A stretch of 64,000 bases of DNA from Candidatus Lustribacter sp. (GCA_965277805.1 OZ255842.1:5152001-5216000); one strand, 5' to 3'; positions 27,340-37,089 are shown, numbered from the stretch's first letter. A program made the numbers and translations. Notes: generated by a model from the letters alone, not told the origin.

Positions 27340-28160
27340 AGACGCTGGTCGCGGGCACGGTGCTGCTGGGCGGTATGGTCGCGCTAATTTTGCTCTCGTT
27401 CGTCTGGCTGCCGTACGATCCGAGTGCGATGGTTATTCCGCAACGGCTGGCGGCGCCGTCGTGGGCGCACCTTTTCGGAACGGACGCCTACGGGCGCGAC
27501 CTGTTCTCCAACGTCGTTGCCGGCGGCCGCGCATCGCTCGCGGTCGCGTTCTTCTCGTTGGTGATCGGCGCCGGCGCCGGCGTTCCGCTGGGTCTCATCG
27601 CGGCGACCGCCCGGGGATGGCCCGACGAAATTCTCTCGCGCTTCAACGATGTCGTCTTCGCGTTTCCGGCGTTGCTAATCGCGGTGCTGGCGGCCGCCGT
27701 CTTCGGTCCCGGACCGCTCGATGCCGTCGCCGCCATCGGCATCTTCAACATACCGGTCTGCGCGCGTGTGACGCGCGCCGCCGCGATCGGGCTTTGGCAG
27801 CGCGACTTCGTGCTCGCAGCGATCGCGGCCGGCAAGGCGCCCGGCCGCATCGTCATCGATCACATCCTGCCGAACCTCGCGCCGGCGCTGCTCGTGCAGG
27901 CATCGATCCAGGCATCGCTCGCAATTCTGGCCGAAGCCGGCCTGTCGTATGTGGGACTCGGTTCGCAACCGCCCACGCCGAGCTGGGGACGGCTGTTGGC
28001 CGACGCGCAAACACTGCTCGATAGCGCGCCTTGGCTGGCGTTGTTTCCGGGACTTGCAATCCTTACGACAACGCTGGCGCTTTCGCTGCTGGGCGATGGT
28101 CTTCGCGAAGCGTTGGATCCTCGCGCGCACGTTCGTCAGCGCCGCTCGACAAACGAATGA
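27336..28160 (+). CDS. Peptide ABC permease (DppC-like)
   Basis: HLFGTDAYGRD, DFVLAAIAAG (EAA loop), HILPN, EAGLSYVGLG.QPPTPSWG. Confidence 0.9.
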   Translation: MKTLVAGTVLLGGMVALILLSFVWLPYDPSAMVIPQRLAAPSWAHLFGTDAYGRDLFSNVVAGGRASLAVAFFSLVIGAGAGVPLGLIAATARGWPDEILSRFNDVVFAFPALLIAVLAAAVFGPGPLDAVAAIGIFNIPVCARVTRAAAIGLWQRDFVLAAIAAGKAPGRIVIDHILPNLAPALLVQASIQASLAILAEAGLSYVGLGSQPPTPSWGRLLADAQTLLDSAPWLALFPGLAILTTTLALSLLGDGLREALDPRAHVRQRRSTNE

Positions 28161-28176
28161 CGAACACGTCTTCGGC

Positions 28177-29205
28177 TCACCGTTCGCCGTCCCGCGCGAA
28201 GCGGCTTTGCCAGCTCGGCGCTTCACCGGGCCGGCCGCTCGAGCGCGCTTCGAACACGCCGCGTGCGACGGCGCGGGCGGCGACTTGCGTCGCGGCGAGG
28301 CACAGTTCGGCGATTTCATCCGGTTCGCCGGCGAGCGGCCGTCCTTCGGTCGAGACGCCGAAGACCGCGTCGCCGTCGCGCGGCAGATGCGCCGGGAGTA
28401 CCGCGCGTACGACGCCGTCTTGCGCGGCGATTGCGAGGCGCTTGGCGAGCGCGCGTGAGAGCATGGCATCGGTCGCGACGATGCCGATCGTCGTACCCCA
28501 ATAGAGCTGCGGCTTCACGCGCAAACGCACGTCATCGGCGACGAACTGCGCCGGGAAACCGCGTCCGCCGAATTCCGCGTCGCGCTCGAACGGCGCCGCC
28601 CAGAAATGCGGGCCGTCGCCGATCGTTACCGTGCCTACGGCGTTCACCGCGATCAGCGCGGCGACGAGATGGCCTTGCGGGGTCAACGCGCTCGCCGAAC
28701 CGAGGCCGCCTTTGAAGGTCGCCGTTGTGGCTCCGATGCCGGCACCGGCCGTGCCGAGTTCAAACGCGGTGTTGCGCGCGGCGCGCGCCGCGCGATAACC
28801 GAAGTCGGCATAGGGGCTGAAGCGGCCCCAGCCTTTGTCACCGCCGTTGGCGAGATCGTACAGGCTCGCTTGAACGACGATCGGGACGCGCGGTAACGGT
28901 ACTCCCGGCAGTTGCGCGAAATCTTCGCGCAACGCTGCTTGCACGCCGCCCGTCGCGTCGAGGCCGTAGGTCGAACCGCCGGACAGCACGACGGCGTTGA
29001 TCCGTTCGACCGTCATCTCCAAGCCGAGCAGCGCGTCTTCGCGCGTGGCCGGTGAACCGCCGAGCACGCTCGCAGCGGCCATCGCCGGGCGTTCGAACAG
29101 CACGGCCGTTACACCGGAGCGAAGCACACCATCGTCGCCCGCGTGACCGACGGAAATGCCCGCAATGTCGGTGAGCAAATTTTGCCGTTCCCGCGCTTGC
29201 GTCAT
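28177..29205 (-). CDS. P1/S58 family peptidase (DmpA-like)
   Basis: LTDIAGISVGH, GGSPATRE, LSGGSTYGL, NAVG, TTIGIVATDA, DGDAVF. Confidence 0.88.
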   Translation of the reverse strand: MTQARERQNLLTDIAGISVGHAGDDGVLRSGVTAVLFERPAMAAASVLGGSPATREDALLGLEMTVERINAVVLSGGSTYGLDATGGVQAALREDFAQLPGVPLPRVPIVVQASLYDLANGGDKGWGRFSPYADFGYRAARAARNTAFELGTAGAGIGATTATFKGGLGSASALTPQGHLVAALIAVNAVGTVTIGDGPHFWAAPFERDAEFGGRGFPAQFVADDVRLRVKPQLYWGTTIGIVATDAMLSRALAKRLAIAAQDGVVRAVLPAHLPRDGDAVFGVSTEGRPLAGEPDEIAELCLAATQVAARAVARGVFEARSSGRPGEAPSWQSRFARDGER

Positions 29206-29306
29206 GCGCCTCTCGATGCGGTACCGAAGATTCGGCTGCGATCCGGTTCCATCGAAGCTTGCGGCATGTGCTCGTCTTCGCGCCGGGCCGAGCCAAAGCC
29301 GTCAGG

Positions 29307-29654
29307 TTACCCGTTCACCTCTCGGACACTTCCGTTGATCAGAATCCGATCCGCATGCGGAATCCCGACGAGATGCCGGTCGTAGAAGACCGTTACCGGC
29401 GTGCCTGGTTTGAGCGCCGACATCTGCATGGTCGTCTTTCCGTCTTTCGAGAACAGTCTCTTGAAACGCGGAATCAAAAGGAACTTGTAATCCTTGCCGG
29501 ACTGCGCGTCCTTGACCGCAATATCGGTCGTCGAAACGTGGATTACCGTTCCGATAACCCGATCCGTTGCGAGGGCTCGCGCCGCGACGGGTGCGAGCAC
29601 GAAACATGCAATCAGGGCAAGCGCAAAAAGTGAGCGGCTCCGCGGCTTGTGCAT
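29307..29654 (-). CDS. Small secreted hypothetical protein (OB-fold/DUF5666-like)
   Basis: Signal peptide; GTVIHV...LKPGTPVTVFY; start 29654 or 29672. Confidence 0.65.
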   Translation of the reverse strand: MHKPRSRSLFALALIACFVLAPVAARALATDRVIGTVIHVSTTDIAVKDAQSGKDYKFLLIPRFKRLFSKDGKTTMQMSALKPGTPVTVFYDRHLVGIPHADRILINGSVREVNG

Positions 29655-29805
29655 TGCTCGTTCGATCTTCATAATGTGCCGATTCCGCGCACGAACGACG
29701 ACGAAACATGCAACGCAGATCGTGCTGTGTCCCGGAGCAGCAATACTAGGAACGTCACTCCTAGGATGCTCCTTATCGATGCCGGCGCGAATTGCGCGGT
29801 CAGCG

Positions 29806-30285
29806 CTAGACTTTTTTAGCGAGGTCCATCGCAATCTGCTGATCCATCGCTTTCTCTTGCGCGATCGTGAGCGCGCTCCCGAGCGCGGCGACGGTGTAGA
29901 CGGACGGTCCTTTCGCAAAATCGAGCGAGACGAGCTGGGCAGTGCCCATGTCGATCATCGCGGCCTTACTGCCGAGGCCGTTGATCGGGGTAACGGTCTT
30001 CTTCGGCGCCGGTAAGATCATGTAGTCGTAGCGCATCGCCGGCTGACGTGTGATCATGACCTTGATGCGGCCGCCTTCGTGATCGAGCGGCGATTGCCAC
30101 CCGCACGCGTTGGCCATCCCGGCAAACTGCGGAATCGGCTGCATCAAAACCCCGGTGACGCCCGAGACCTCCGACGTCGCGATCAGCGAACACACCGGCG
30201 CGTCTGCAGCCGCCGGCACTGCAGCAACCGCGCCGGCGCCGATCAGCGCGACGCTCGCGATGAGCGGCAAGAAACGCAAGGTCAC
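29806..30285 (-). CDS. Secreted hypothetical protein
   Basis: Signal peptide ...PAAADA, CSLIATSEVSGVTG...NACGW (DUF3558-like pattern). Confidence 0.65.
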   Translation of the reverse strand: MTLRFLPLIASVALIGAGAVAAVPAAADAPVCSLIATSEVSGVTGVLMQPIPQFAGMANACGWQSPLDHEGGRIKVMITRQPAMRYDYMILPAPKKTVTPINGLGSKAAMIDMGTAQLVSLDFAKGPSVYTVAALGSALTIAQEKAMDQQIAMDLAKKV

Positions 30286-30701
30286 TTTTCCGAACCTCCC
30301 CAGGAAAACAACGGCGCGGACACGCCGCCGGTCGTTTTCCGGCAACTGCCTTGATACGCGTGCCCGGTGTTGTCGATCGACGACGTACACGCGTAACCCG
30401 CCGGCCCACCGGGTAGCGTGACCGGCGCCTGCACGCCTTGATTCGGCCCCGACAATTTCGTCGTCAGTAATTTTTTCGCGTAGCCGAGGACAACGCCGCA
30501 CGAGAGGCCCGCGCCGGCATAACTCAAGCGATATCGCGTATGCGAATCGTTGGGCGGATACGGATTTATCCACGTCGGACCTGAAAAATCCGCGCACGTG
30601 ACGATCTGGGGAATGTCGTCGGCGCGAGCCGCGAGCGGTGCGGTTAAGGTCAGCAGGGCGAACACCGGCACGATTGCCGGGAGCGCGAACCGGGCGATCA
30701 T
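30282..30701 (-). CDS. Secreted Cys-containing hypothetical protein
   Basis: Signal peptide MIARFALP...AARA, four Cys in the mature part, GTGA overlap with the next gene. Confidence 0.6.
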   Translation of the reverse strand: MIARFALPAIVPVFALLTLTAPLAARADDIPQIVTCADFSGPTWINPYPPNDSHTRYRLSYAGAGLSCGVVLGYAKKLLTTKLSGPNQGVQAPVTLPGGPAGYACTSSIDNTGHAYQGSCRKTTGGVSAPLFSWGGSEK

Positions 30702-30900
30702 AGGGCAGCAAATTGCGCACGTTCGTCGGCCGCCCTTTCGGGAAAGCGCTCGTTCCCTTGACCCCGCGATCGGCAATTGTACGTGGGTCGCGCCTTTTAC
30801 CCGGATAATATTGACCAGCATGTCGAGGGCGACGGTGAAGAAGACGAGTGAGGCTGCAGCTGAGCGACGGTTTATCATGACGAACTCAATCTCCAAGGCA

Positions 30901-30920
30901 TTTGTGTACGCGTATACAAA
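30901..30920. promoter_or_regulatory. Putative TetR operator
   Basis: TTTGTGTACGCGTATACAAA, a 20-bp palindrome with one mismatched pair, immediately upstream of the TetR gene. Confidence 0.7.
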
Positions 30921-30929
30921 GTGCCGGAA

Positions 30930-31607
30930 ATGACTCCGAAAGTCAAGTCCGCGACTCAGGGACGGCCGGCGAAGATCAGTCGTGAAGCGATTATCGAGAC
31001 AGCAGAAACGCTGATCGCGCGAGACGGCGTGACCGCGCTTACGCTCCGCCGGGTAGCGAACGAACTTGGCGTTTCTGCGATGGCTCTGTACCGCCACGTA
31101 GAAGACAAAAATGCGCTGCTGGTGCTAGTGATGGACGCGCTCTACAACCGACTCAAGAAACCTAAGCCGCCGCAGGATCCGCGCGAGCGTCTTTTGAGCT
31201 TTTGGCGATTTCTCCACGATGGACTCGCGAAGTATCCCTGGGTCGTTCAAGCGCTGGTGGAGAGTGACACAATCGCGATATCGGTTTTGCCGATCATGGA
31301 TGCGATAATAGAGGCATCCGTCGCAGTCGGGCTTACGCTCGAATCATCGGCGACACTCTACCGGTTGGTCTGGCAATACACCGTCGGCGAATTGATTTTG
31401 GCGGCTTCTGCCGAAGGCCGGACCACGCCGAAGACGTCACCTGTGCTCAAAACGGTGGCGACGGAGGCACCGCCTCAGCTCCCGCATCTCGCGGGCGCAG
31501 CTCCGCATTGGCAAGCATTACGTAAGCGCTCTCTCTACGTGGACGGGCTTACGGCACTCATCGACGGATATTTGCTGCGAGACAAGCCGTCTGCTCGGAA
31601 CGTTTGA
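30930..31607 (+). CDS. TetR/AcrR family regulator (TetR_C-like)
   Basis: GRPAKISREAII...LTLRRVANELGVSAMALYRHVEDK HTH. Confidence 0.92.
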   Translation: MTPKVKSATQGRPAKISREAIIETAETLIARDGVTALTLRRVANELGVSAMALYRHVEDKNALLVLVMDALYNRLKKPKPPQDPRERLLSFWRFLHDGLAKYPWVVQALVESDTIAISVLPIMDAIIEASVAVGLTLESSATLYRLVWQYTVGELILAASAEGRTTPKTSPVLKTVATEAPPQLPHLAGAAPHWQALRKRSLYVDGLTALIDGYLLRDKPSARNV

Positions 31608-32173
31608 CGAGAACGGCGATGCGGCTCGAAACCGAGAGACTACTTTTGCGTGAGTGGCGACGATCTGATCTCGACGCCCTCGTGGAGGGGCTCGGAGACG
31701 TGTCCGTGGCGAAGTGGCTAGCATCCGTTCCGCATCCCTACACTCGTCGTCACGCTCTTGCGTGGCTGAAGTACTGCGCGACAACCGCTAAAGCGCGACC
31801 GCGCCGATCCTACGAATTCGCGATCGTGCTGAAATCTGAATCGAAGGTCATCGGCGGCGTGAGCCTCGATCAAATCGATCAAAACCATGGCACGGCCGGC
31901 GGCGGAATTTGGTTGCGCGCCGGGTTTCACAACCGGGGCTACGGGACTGAAGCGTTCACGGCGCGACTGAACTTCGCATTCGGAAGATTGCGAATGCGTC
32001 GCATTGAGAACGGGTATTTCCTCGGAAACCATGCGTCACGCAAGATGTTGGAACGCGTCGGTTACAAGCGGGAAGGCGTCGCGAGAAAACGATACCGGAG
32101 CATGGCGGATGGAAAGCTGAAAGACGAATGCTTGATGGCGCTGCTCAAAGATGATTGGCCCGCGGATACGTGA
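31604..32173 (+). CDS. GNAT N-acetyltransferase (RimJ/RimL family)
   Basis: LETERLLLREW, HNRGYGTEA, NHASRKMLERVGYKREG. Confidence 0.9.
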   Translation: MTRTAMRLETERLLLREWRRSDLDALVEGLGDVSVAKWLASVPHPYTRRHALAWLKYCATTAKARPRRSYEFAIVLKSESKVIGGVSLDQIDQNHGTAGGGIWLRAGFHNRGYGTEAFTARLNFAFGRLRMRRIENGYFLGNHASRKMLERVGYKREGVARKRYRSMADGKLKDECLMALLKDDWPADT

Positions 32174-32229
32174 CCGGCCGGCGCAATGCCGCCCGAAATG
32201 GCGGATCACGAACGGCCTCAAAGCTGACG

Positions 32230-33741
32230 TCAGTGATTGCGCCGGTACAAGAGTGCTTCCGCAACGTGGTCGCGGCCCAGTCGTTCGGAACCGGCGAGAT
32301 CGGCGATCGTGCGCGCGACGCGGACGATGCGGTCGAAGCTGCGCGCGCTCAAACGTTCGCGCTGCATCACCGCCTCCAGCAACGCTGCTGACGGCTTATC
32401 GAGTTCGGCGTGCGTGCGTAAGTCGTGGCCGCGCAACTGTGCGTTGACGCAGCCGTTGCGCTTATGTTGCCGTTTACGCGCCGCGATCACGCGCGCACGG
32501 ATCGTACGTGACGGTTCGGATTGCGCTTCGCCGGAGAGTTCGCCGTACGGGACGTGTACGACGTTGACGTGCAGGTCGATCCGGTCGAGCAACGGGCCCG
32601 ATATGCGGCTGCGATAGCGCGCCACGGACACGTCATCGCAGCGGCAATCGGCATTGCGCTCGCCGCGCTGTCCGCACGGGCACGGGTTCATCGAGGCGAC
32701 GAGCGAGAAGCGCGCCGGGAACGTGCACGAGCCGGCGGCGCGCGCGATGGTCACGCTGCCGTCTTCGAGGGGCTGCCGCAGCACTTCGAGCGTCGAACGC
32801 GGGAACTCGGCGATCTCATCGAGATAGAGCACGCCGCGTGAGGCCAGCGTCACTTCCCCGGGGCGTGGCGTGCTGCCGCCGCCGACGAGCGCGATGCGGC
32901 TGCACGTGTGGTGAGGCGCTCGAAATGGGGGCTGACGTAGAATGCGCGGTGCGCTCCCCAGCAATCCCGCGATGCTGTAGATCGCGGTGACGTCGAGCGA
33001 TTCGTCGGGTGTCATCGGCGGCAGAATCGACGGCATGCGCTGCGCGAGCATCGTCTTGCCGCAGCCGGGCGGCCCGATCAGAATGACGTTGTGCCCGCCG
33101 GCGGCCGCGATTTCCAGCGCGCGTTTCGCGATGACCTGTCCCCGCACGTCGGCGAAGTCGTCGCCGCCGCCAGCGGCGTCTTGCTCGAGCGAAGGAGCGC
33201 CGGAGACCCGGAATTTCTCGCCGTTGCCCAGCACGACCGCAAACGCGTCGGCGAGCGTAGGCGCGGCGTACGTCTCGACTTCCGGAATCAGCGCGGCCTC
33301 CGCGTGGTTTGCGAGCGGTACGATCGCCCGGCCGATCCCGGCACGCTTCGCAGCGATCAGCATCGGTAGCGTCCCGGCGACGGCGCGCAGCGAACCGTCG
33401 AGCGCGAGCTCACCGAGCATCACGAATTCCGCCAGCAGCTTCGGCGCGAGTTGGCCGTCGAGTGCCAGGAGTGCGAGCGCGATCGGCAGATCGAATGCCG
33501 GGCCTTCCTTGCGCACGTCGGCCGGGGCGAGGCTCACCAGCAGCCGTCCGGCCGGTAACATGAAGCCGGAATTGATCAGGGCCGAGCGGACGCGGTCTTT
33601 GGACTCGTTGAGGGAACGGTCGGGGAGGCCGATAATCGCGATCCCCGGCGTCCCGGGCGAGGCGCCGGTCTCGACCCGCACGATCAGGCCCTCGACGCCG
33701 TGCATCGCGCAGGCGAACGAACACGGTTGCACCTGCTCCAT
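32230..33741 (-). CDS. comM: YifB/ComM Mg-chelatase-like AAA+ ATPase
   Basis: GLPDRSLNESKDRVRSA, GELALDG, GPPGCGKT, PFRAPHH, NPCPCG, ISGPLLDRID, ARTIADL. Confidence 0.95.
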   Translation of the reverse strand: MEQVQPCSFACAMHGVEGLIVRVETGASPGTPGIAIIGLPDRSLNESKDRVRSALINSGFMLPAGRLLVSLAPADVRKEGPAFDLPIALALLALDGQLAPKLLAEFVMLGELALDGSLRAVAGTLPMLIAAKRAGIGRAIVPLANHAEAALIPEVETYAAPTLADAFAVVLGNGEKFRVSGAPSLEQDAAGGGDDFADVRGQVIAKRALEIAAAGGHNVILIGPPGCGKTMLAQRMPSILPPMTPDESLDVTAIYSIAGLLGSAPRILRQPPFRAPHHTCSRIALVGGGSTPRPGEVTLASRGVLYLDEIAEFPRSTLEVLRQPLEDGSVTIARAAGSCTFPARFSLVASMNPCPCGQRGERNADCRCDDVSVARYRSRISGPLLDRIDLHVNVVHVPYGELSGEAQSEPSRTIRARVIAARKRQHKRNGCVNAQLRGHDLRTHAELDKPSAALLEAVMQRERLSARSFDRIVRVARTIADLAGSERLGRDHVAEALLYRRNH

Positions 33742-33784
33742 CTGCGCCGAAGGCACGCTCAAGCAAGGGGACGAAAAAATCACC

Positions 33785-34357
33785 ATGGATACACTCGCGC
33801 GTCCGTCTCGGTATGGGTTTGAGGAACGCTTCGAACCGCAGTCCAACCGCTTCACGCTTACCGGATGCGATCATTTCGGTTTGCCCGCGCGCGATCCGGA
33901 ACTCTCGGGGAAATTCTTCGAGCAGATCCTCGGCGGCGTCGAGTTCTTCCGGGCCGGCTACTCCGAGGCCGAGCGCGCGGCGAGGAAGTCGCGCCACATC
34001 TTCTATCATGTCGGTAAGGTTTTGGTGGAGCTCGTCGAGCAGCGTACCGAAGCGGGCTACCCCGACCACACCAACCCCAACGGCGAGAACATGAACCCGC
34101 ACTTCGCCTTCGGCACCACGGCCGCGGGCGTGCTGGCGTTCAAAGACCATCTCACCCGCGAGGGGATTCCGTTCGCCGGACCGCGCCGCCACGGTAAGGT
34201 CATCAGCGCCGCCTCGATCTACTTCCGCGACATCGACGGCAACATCTTGGAAGTCGTCACGTGGGAAGATATGGCGGCGAGCGAGATCGTGCCGGTCGCA
34301 CCCGGCGAACGGCTCGCCGACTGGAACGCGCTCAAGCACAACTGGCGGCCGCACTAA
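33785..34357 (+). CDS. VOC/glyoxalase family protein (paralog of 16192..16779)
   Basis: GCDHFGLP...FFEQILGG, YPDHTNP..ENMNPHFA, IYFRDIDGNILEV. Confidence 0.85.
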   Translation: MDTLARPSRYGFEERFEPQSNRFTLTGCDHFGLPARDPELSGKFFEQILGGVEFFRAGYSEAERAARKSRHIFYHVGKVLVELVEQRTEAGYPDHTNPNGENMNPHFAFGTTAAGVLAFKDHLTREGIPFAGPRRHGKVISAASIYFRDIDGNILEVVTWEDMAASEIVPVAPGERLADWNALKHNWRPH

Positions 34358-34363
34358 CGGCGC

Positions 34364-35680
34364 ATGACCGCATCCGTCGTGCAGCAATTGCTGCTGATGC
34401 TGGTGCAGGGCATCTTCGTCGGCGGTTTGCTCGTTGCAGCGTTCCGGTTGCGGCGAACCTTCGGGCAGGCGCTCCTCTACATCGTCTTCGGCGTGATCTT
34501 CCAGTACGCGAACTTGCTGGCCGGCAGCGTGTACATTCCGCTCTCGCCGTGGCTCGTCGTAAGCCCGGGCTCGGTCGTCCTTTTTCCGGCAATTCTGTTT
34601 CTCGTGCTCTTCGTCTACCTCAGCGAAGATGCGGTTGAGGCGCGCAAGCTGATCTACGGCGTGGCAATCGCCAACGTCGTCTTTCTGCCGCTGAGCTTAC
34701 TCGTCGCCGCGCAACTGCAGTCTCCGCAGGTGATCAATCCGTTCCATCTCCCGCCGGACCTGTTCGCCGTGCAGCCGCGCATCGTCGTGTCGAGCGCGAT
34801 CGTGCTCTTTCTCGACACGCTGATCGTCTGTTTGCTGTACGAATGGGTCAGCCGGTACACGCGCTCGATCTTCTTGCGCGTCTACATCTCGCTGACGATC
34901 ACGCTGTTTTTCGATTCGATCGCCTTCGCGACCGCGGCATTCGCCGGCGGTCCGGCATACGTCGACATCATGGTCTCGCAGATCGTCGGGAAGACGGTCG
35001 CGGCGCTCGTCTACGCGATCATCCTCGCCACGTATTTGCGCTACTTCAACGTTGCCGAAAGCATGGTCGTGGGCGAAGGCCGGGCGCTCGGCGCGATGTT
35101 TCGCGTGCTGACCTATCGCCAGCGCTACGAAGAATTGCAGCGGATCGTCATTCGCGACGCGCTCACCAACGTCTACAACCGCGGATTTTTCGATGAGGCG
35201 ATCGAGAAATACGTCGCGATGTCGAAGCGCTCGGGCCGCTCGATCTGCATGATGATGGTCGACGTCGACCACTTCAAGCGGGTGAACGACACCTACGGCC
35301 ATACCGAGGGCGACCTCGTCCTCCAGCTCATCGCGGGCGCGATTTCTTCGATGCTGCGGGTTTCGGACTACGTGTGCCGCTACGGGGGCGAAGAATTCGC
35401 CATCCTCTTGCCGCAGACGGAGCTGGCCCAGGCCGTGGTGCTGGCGGAGCGTATCGTGACGGAGCTGCCGCGGGCTCTCTCGACCGGCTGGCAGGGCGCG
35501 GGCACCATGCCGATCACGGTCACGATCGGCGTGGCCGAGTGCCCGCACGAAGCCGCCGACGGCCCGGAGCTGATCCGCATTGCCGACCGGCGGCTGTATG
35601 CAGGCAAAGACGCCGGACGCAATCGCGTCGTGGCCGCCGACTATCCGGCGCTCGCGGTCCGGCTTCCGGCGGCGGGCTAG
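34364..35680 (+). CDS. Membrane diguanylate cyclase with VUT/YhhQ-like N-terminal domain
   Basis: DALTNVYNR, DVDHFKRVNDTYGH, RVSD I-site, RYGGEEF; multi-TM N-terminus. Confidence 0.9.
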   Translation: MTASVVQQLLLMLVQGIFVGGLLVAAFRLRRTFGQALLYIVFGVIFQYANLLAGSVYIPLSPWLVVSPGSVVLFPAILFLVLFVYLSEDAVEARKLIYGVAIANVVFLPLSLLVAAQLQSPQVINPFHLPPDLFAVQPRIVVSSAIVLFLDTLIVCLLYEWVSRYTRSIFLRVYISLTITLFFDSIAFATAAFAGGPAYVDIMVSQIVGKTVAALVYAIILATYLRYFNVAESMVVGEGRALGAMFRVLTYRQRYEELQRIVIRDALTNVYNRGFFDEAIEKYVAMSKRSGRSICMMMVDVDHFKRVNDTYGHTEGDLVLQLIAGAISSMLRVSDYVCRYGGEEFAILLPQTELAQAVVLAERIVTELPRALSTGWQGAGTMPITVTIGVAECPHEAADGPELIRIADRRLYAGKDAGRNRVVAADYPALAVRLPAAG

Positions 35681-36169
35681 GTAAGCTGCGAAACCTTCTC
35701 CACACGGTGCACAGCCGTGCGTCCAGCGGCTGTGGATAACCCGGTTTGAGCAGGCCGCACCTCCGCCGGAAGCCTGGTATTTGGCTGATTTCCGGTCGTT
35801 GCCGTGGCGGCGCGTGCGACGCCCGGGGTGCGCTGGGAACACTCCTTCCGGGCGGACGAACTTCTTGCGCGCCGGCATATGCGGTGCCGCCCCCAACATA
35901 CGAAAAACTGCGTTTTTCCAGTGTTTTGGCGTCGTTTGCGCTCCCTTTGGGCCGAAATGCAGCAAATTTCGGCCGGCTTGTAAGCACCGGCTTCGCACGC
36001 AAGCTGCTACCGCCGAAGTGAGCGTTCGCGGCCCACTTTTCCGTCTTCCGCTCGCATGCCGAACCCGCCGAACGTCGCAGGAGCTCCTTCTTGAGAAGAC
36101 CTTTCATTAAGGCGGCGTTCGTGCAGTCGCAGGGCGTCCCAACGGCGTGCGACAAGTCGGAGTGCCGAT

Positions 36170-37087
36170 ATGAAACGACTCGCTGTTCTCGCGTGCGCGC
36201 TCGTCATCGCGACCGGTTGTTCGAAAAACGCCGATACGACGGCCTCCGGGGGCAAAACGATCGGCGTGTCGATTCAGAATCGCGAGGCCCAGTTCTATCA
36301 GGACATGGAGTCCGGAATGAAGGCCGAGGCGCAAAAGTACGGCTACACGGTGAACGTGGTCGACGCCAGCCGCGACAACTCGAAGCAGCAGAGTCAGGTC
36401 GAGGACTTCATCTCGCAAAAGGTCGCGGCGATCGTCCTGACCCCGTACGATTCCCAGGCCATCGGATCGGCCATCGTCGAGGCCAATAAGGCGGGCATCC
36501 CCGTTTTCACGGCCGATATCGCCAACGCGTCGAGCCAAGGGGCCGTGGTCTCGCACATCGCCAGCGACAACGTTCAAGGCGGCGGCCAGGCCGGCAAGCT
36601 GATGTGCGCGGCCGTCCCCGGGGGCGGCCCGGTCGCGATCCTCGATGAGCCGGAAGTGACGAGCGTGCAGGATCGCGTCAAGGGCTTCAAAGCGGCCCTT
36701 GCGTCCGGCTGCCCGACGGTCACGGTCGTGGCCGATATCGACGGCGGCGGCGAGCGTGCCAAGGCCTCGTCGGCGACCGAAGACATTCTGCAATCGCACA
36801 AAAACCTCAAGGGCATCTTCGGGATCAACGACGACTCGGCGCTGGGCGCATCGACCGCCGTGCAAGCCGCCGGTCTGAACGGCAAGATCGCGGTCATCGG
36901 CTACGACGCGACGCCCGAAGCGCGCGCGGCAATTGCGGCCGGAACGATGTACGGCGATGCGATCCAGCATCCCGATCAGATCGGCGCGAAGACGATCGAC
37001 GCGATAGCCGATTCGTTCGCCGGCAAGACGGTGCCGAAGAAGATTGCCGTGGCCGTGGGTACCTTCACGAAAGCCGACGCGAAGTAG
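36170..37087 (+). CDS. rbsB: Monosaccharide (ribose-type) ABC substrate-binding lipoprotein
   Basis: Lipobox ATGC, IASDNVQGG, RVKGF, NDDSALGA, GYD. Confidence 0.8.
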   Translation: MKRLAVLACALVIATGCSKNADTTASGGKTIGVSIQNREAQFYQDMESGMKAEAQKYGYTVNVVDASRDNSKQQSQVEDFISQKVAAIVLTPYDSQAIGSAIVEANKAGIPVFTADIANASSQGAVVSHIASDNVQGGGQAGKLMCAAVPGGGPVAILDEPEVTSVQDRVKGFKAALASGCPTVTVVADIDGGGERAKASSATEDILQSHKNLKGIFGINDDSALGASTAVQAAGLNGKIAVIGYDATPEARAAIAAGTMYGDAIQHPDQIGAKTIDAIADSFAGKTVPKKIAVAVGTFTKADAK

Positions 37088-37089
37088 TC

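Noticed and set aside
29200..33741. Integrative element or prophage at comM
   Set aside because: comM is intact; no integrase, phage genes or duplicated att sequence were found.
35690..35745. Replication origin (oriC)
   Set aside because: Only one perfect and one near DnaA box, no AT-rich unwinding element, and no dnaA/dnaN/gidA context.
35681..36169. c-di-GMP riboswitch, tmRNA, RNase P or tRNA in the long intergenic gap
   Set aside because: No signature motifs of these RNAs were recognisable on either strand.
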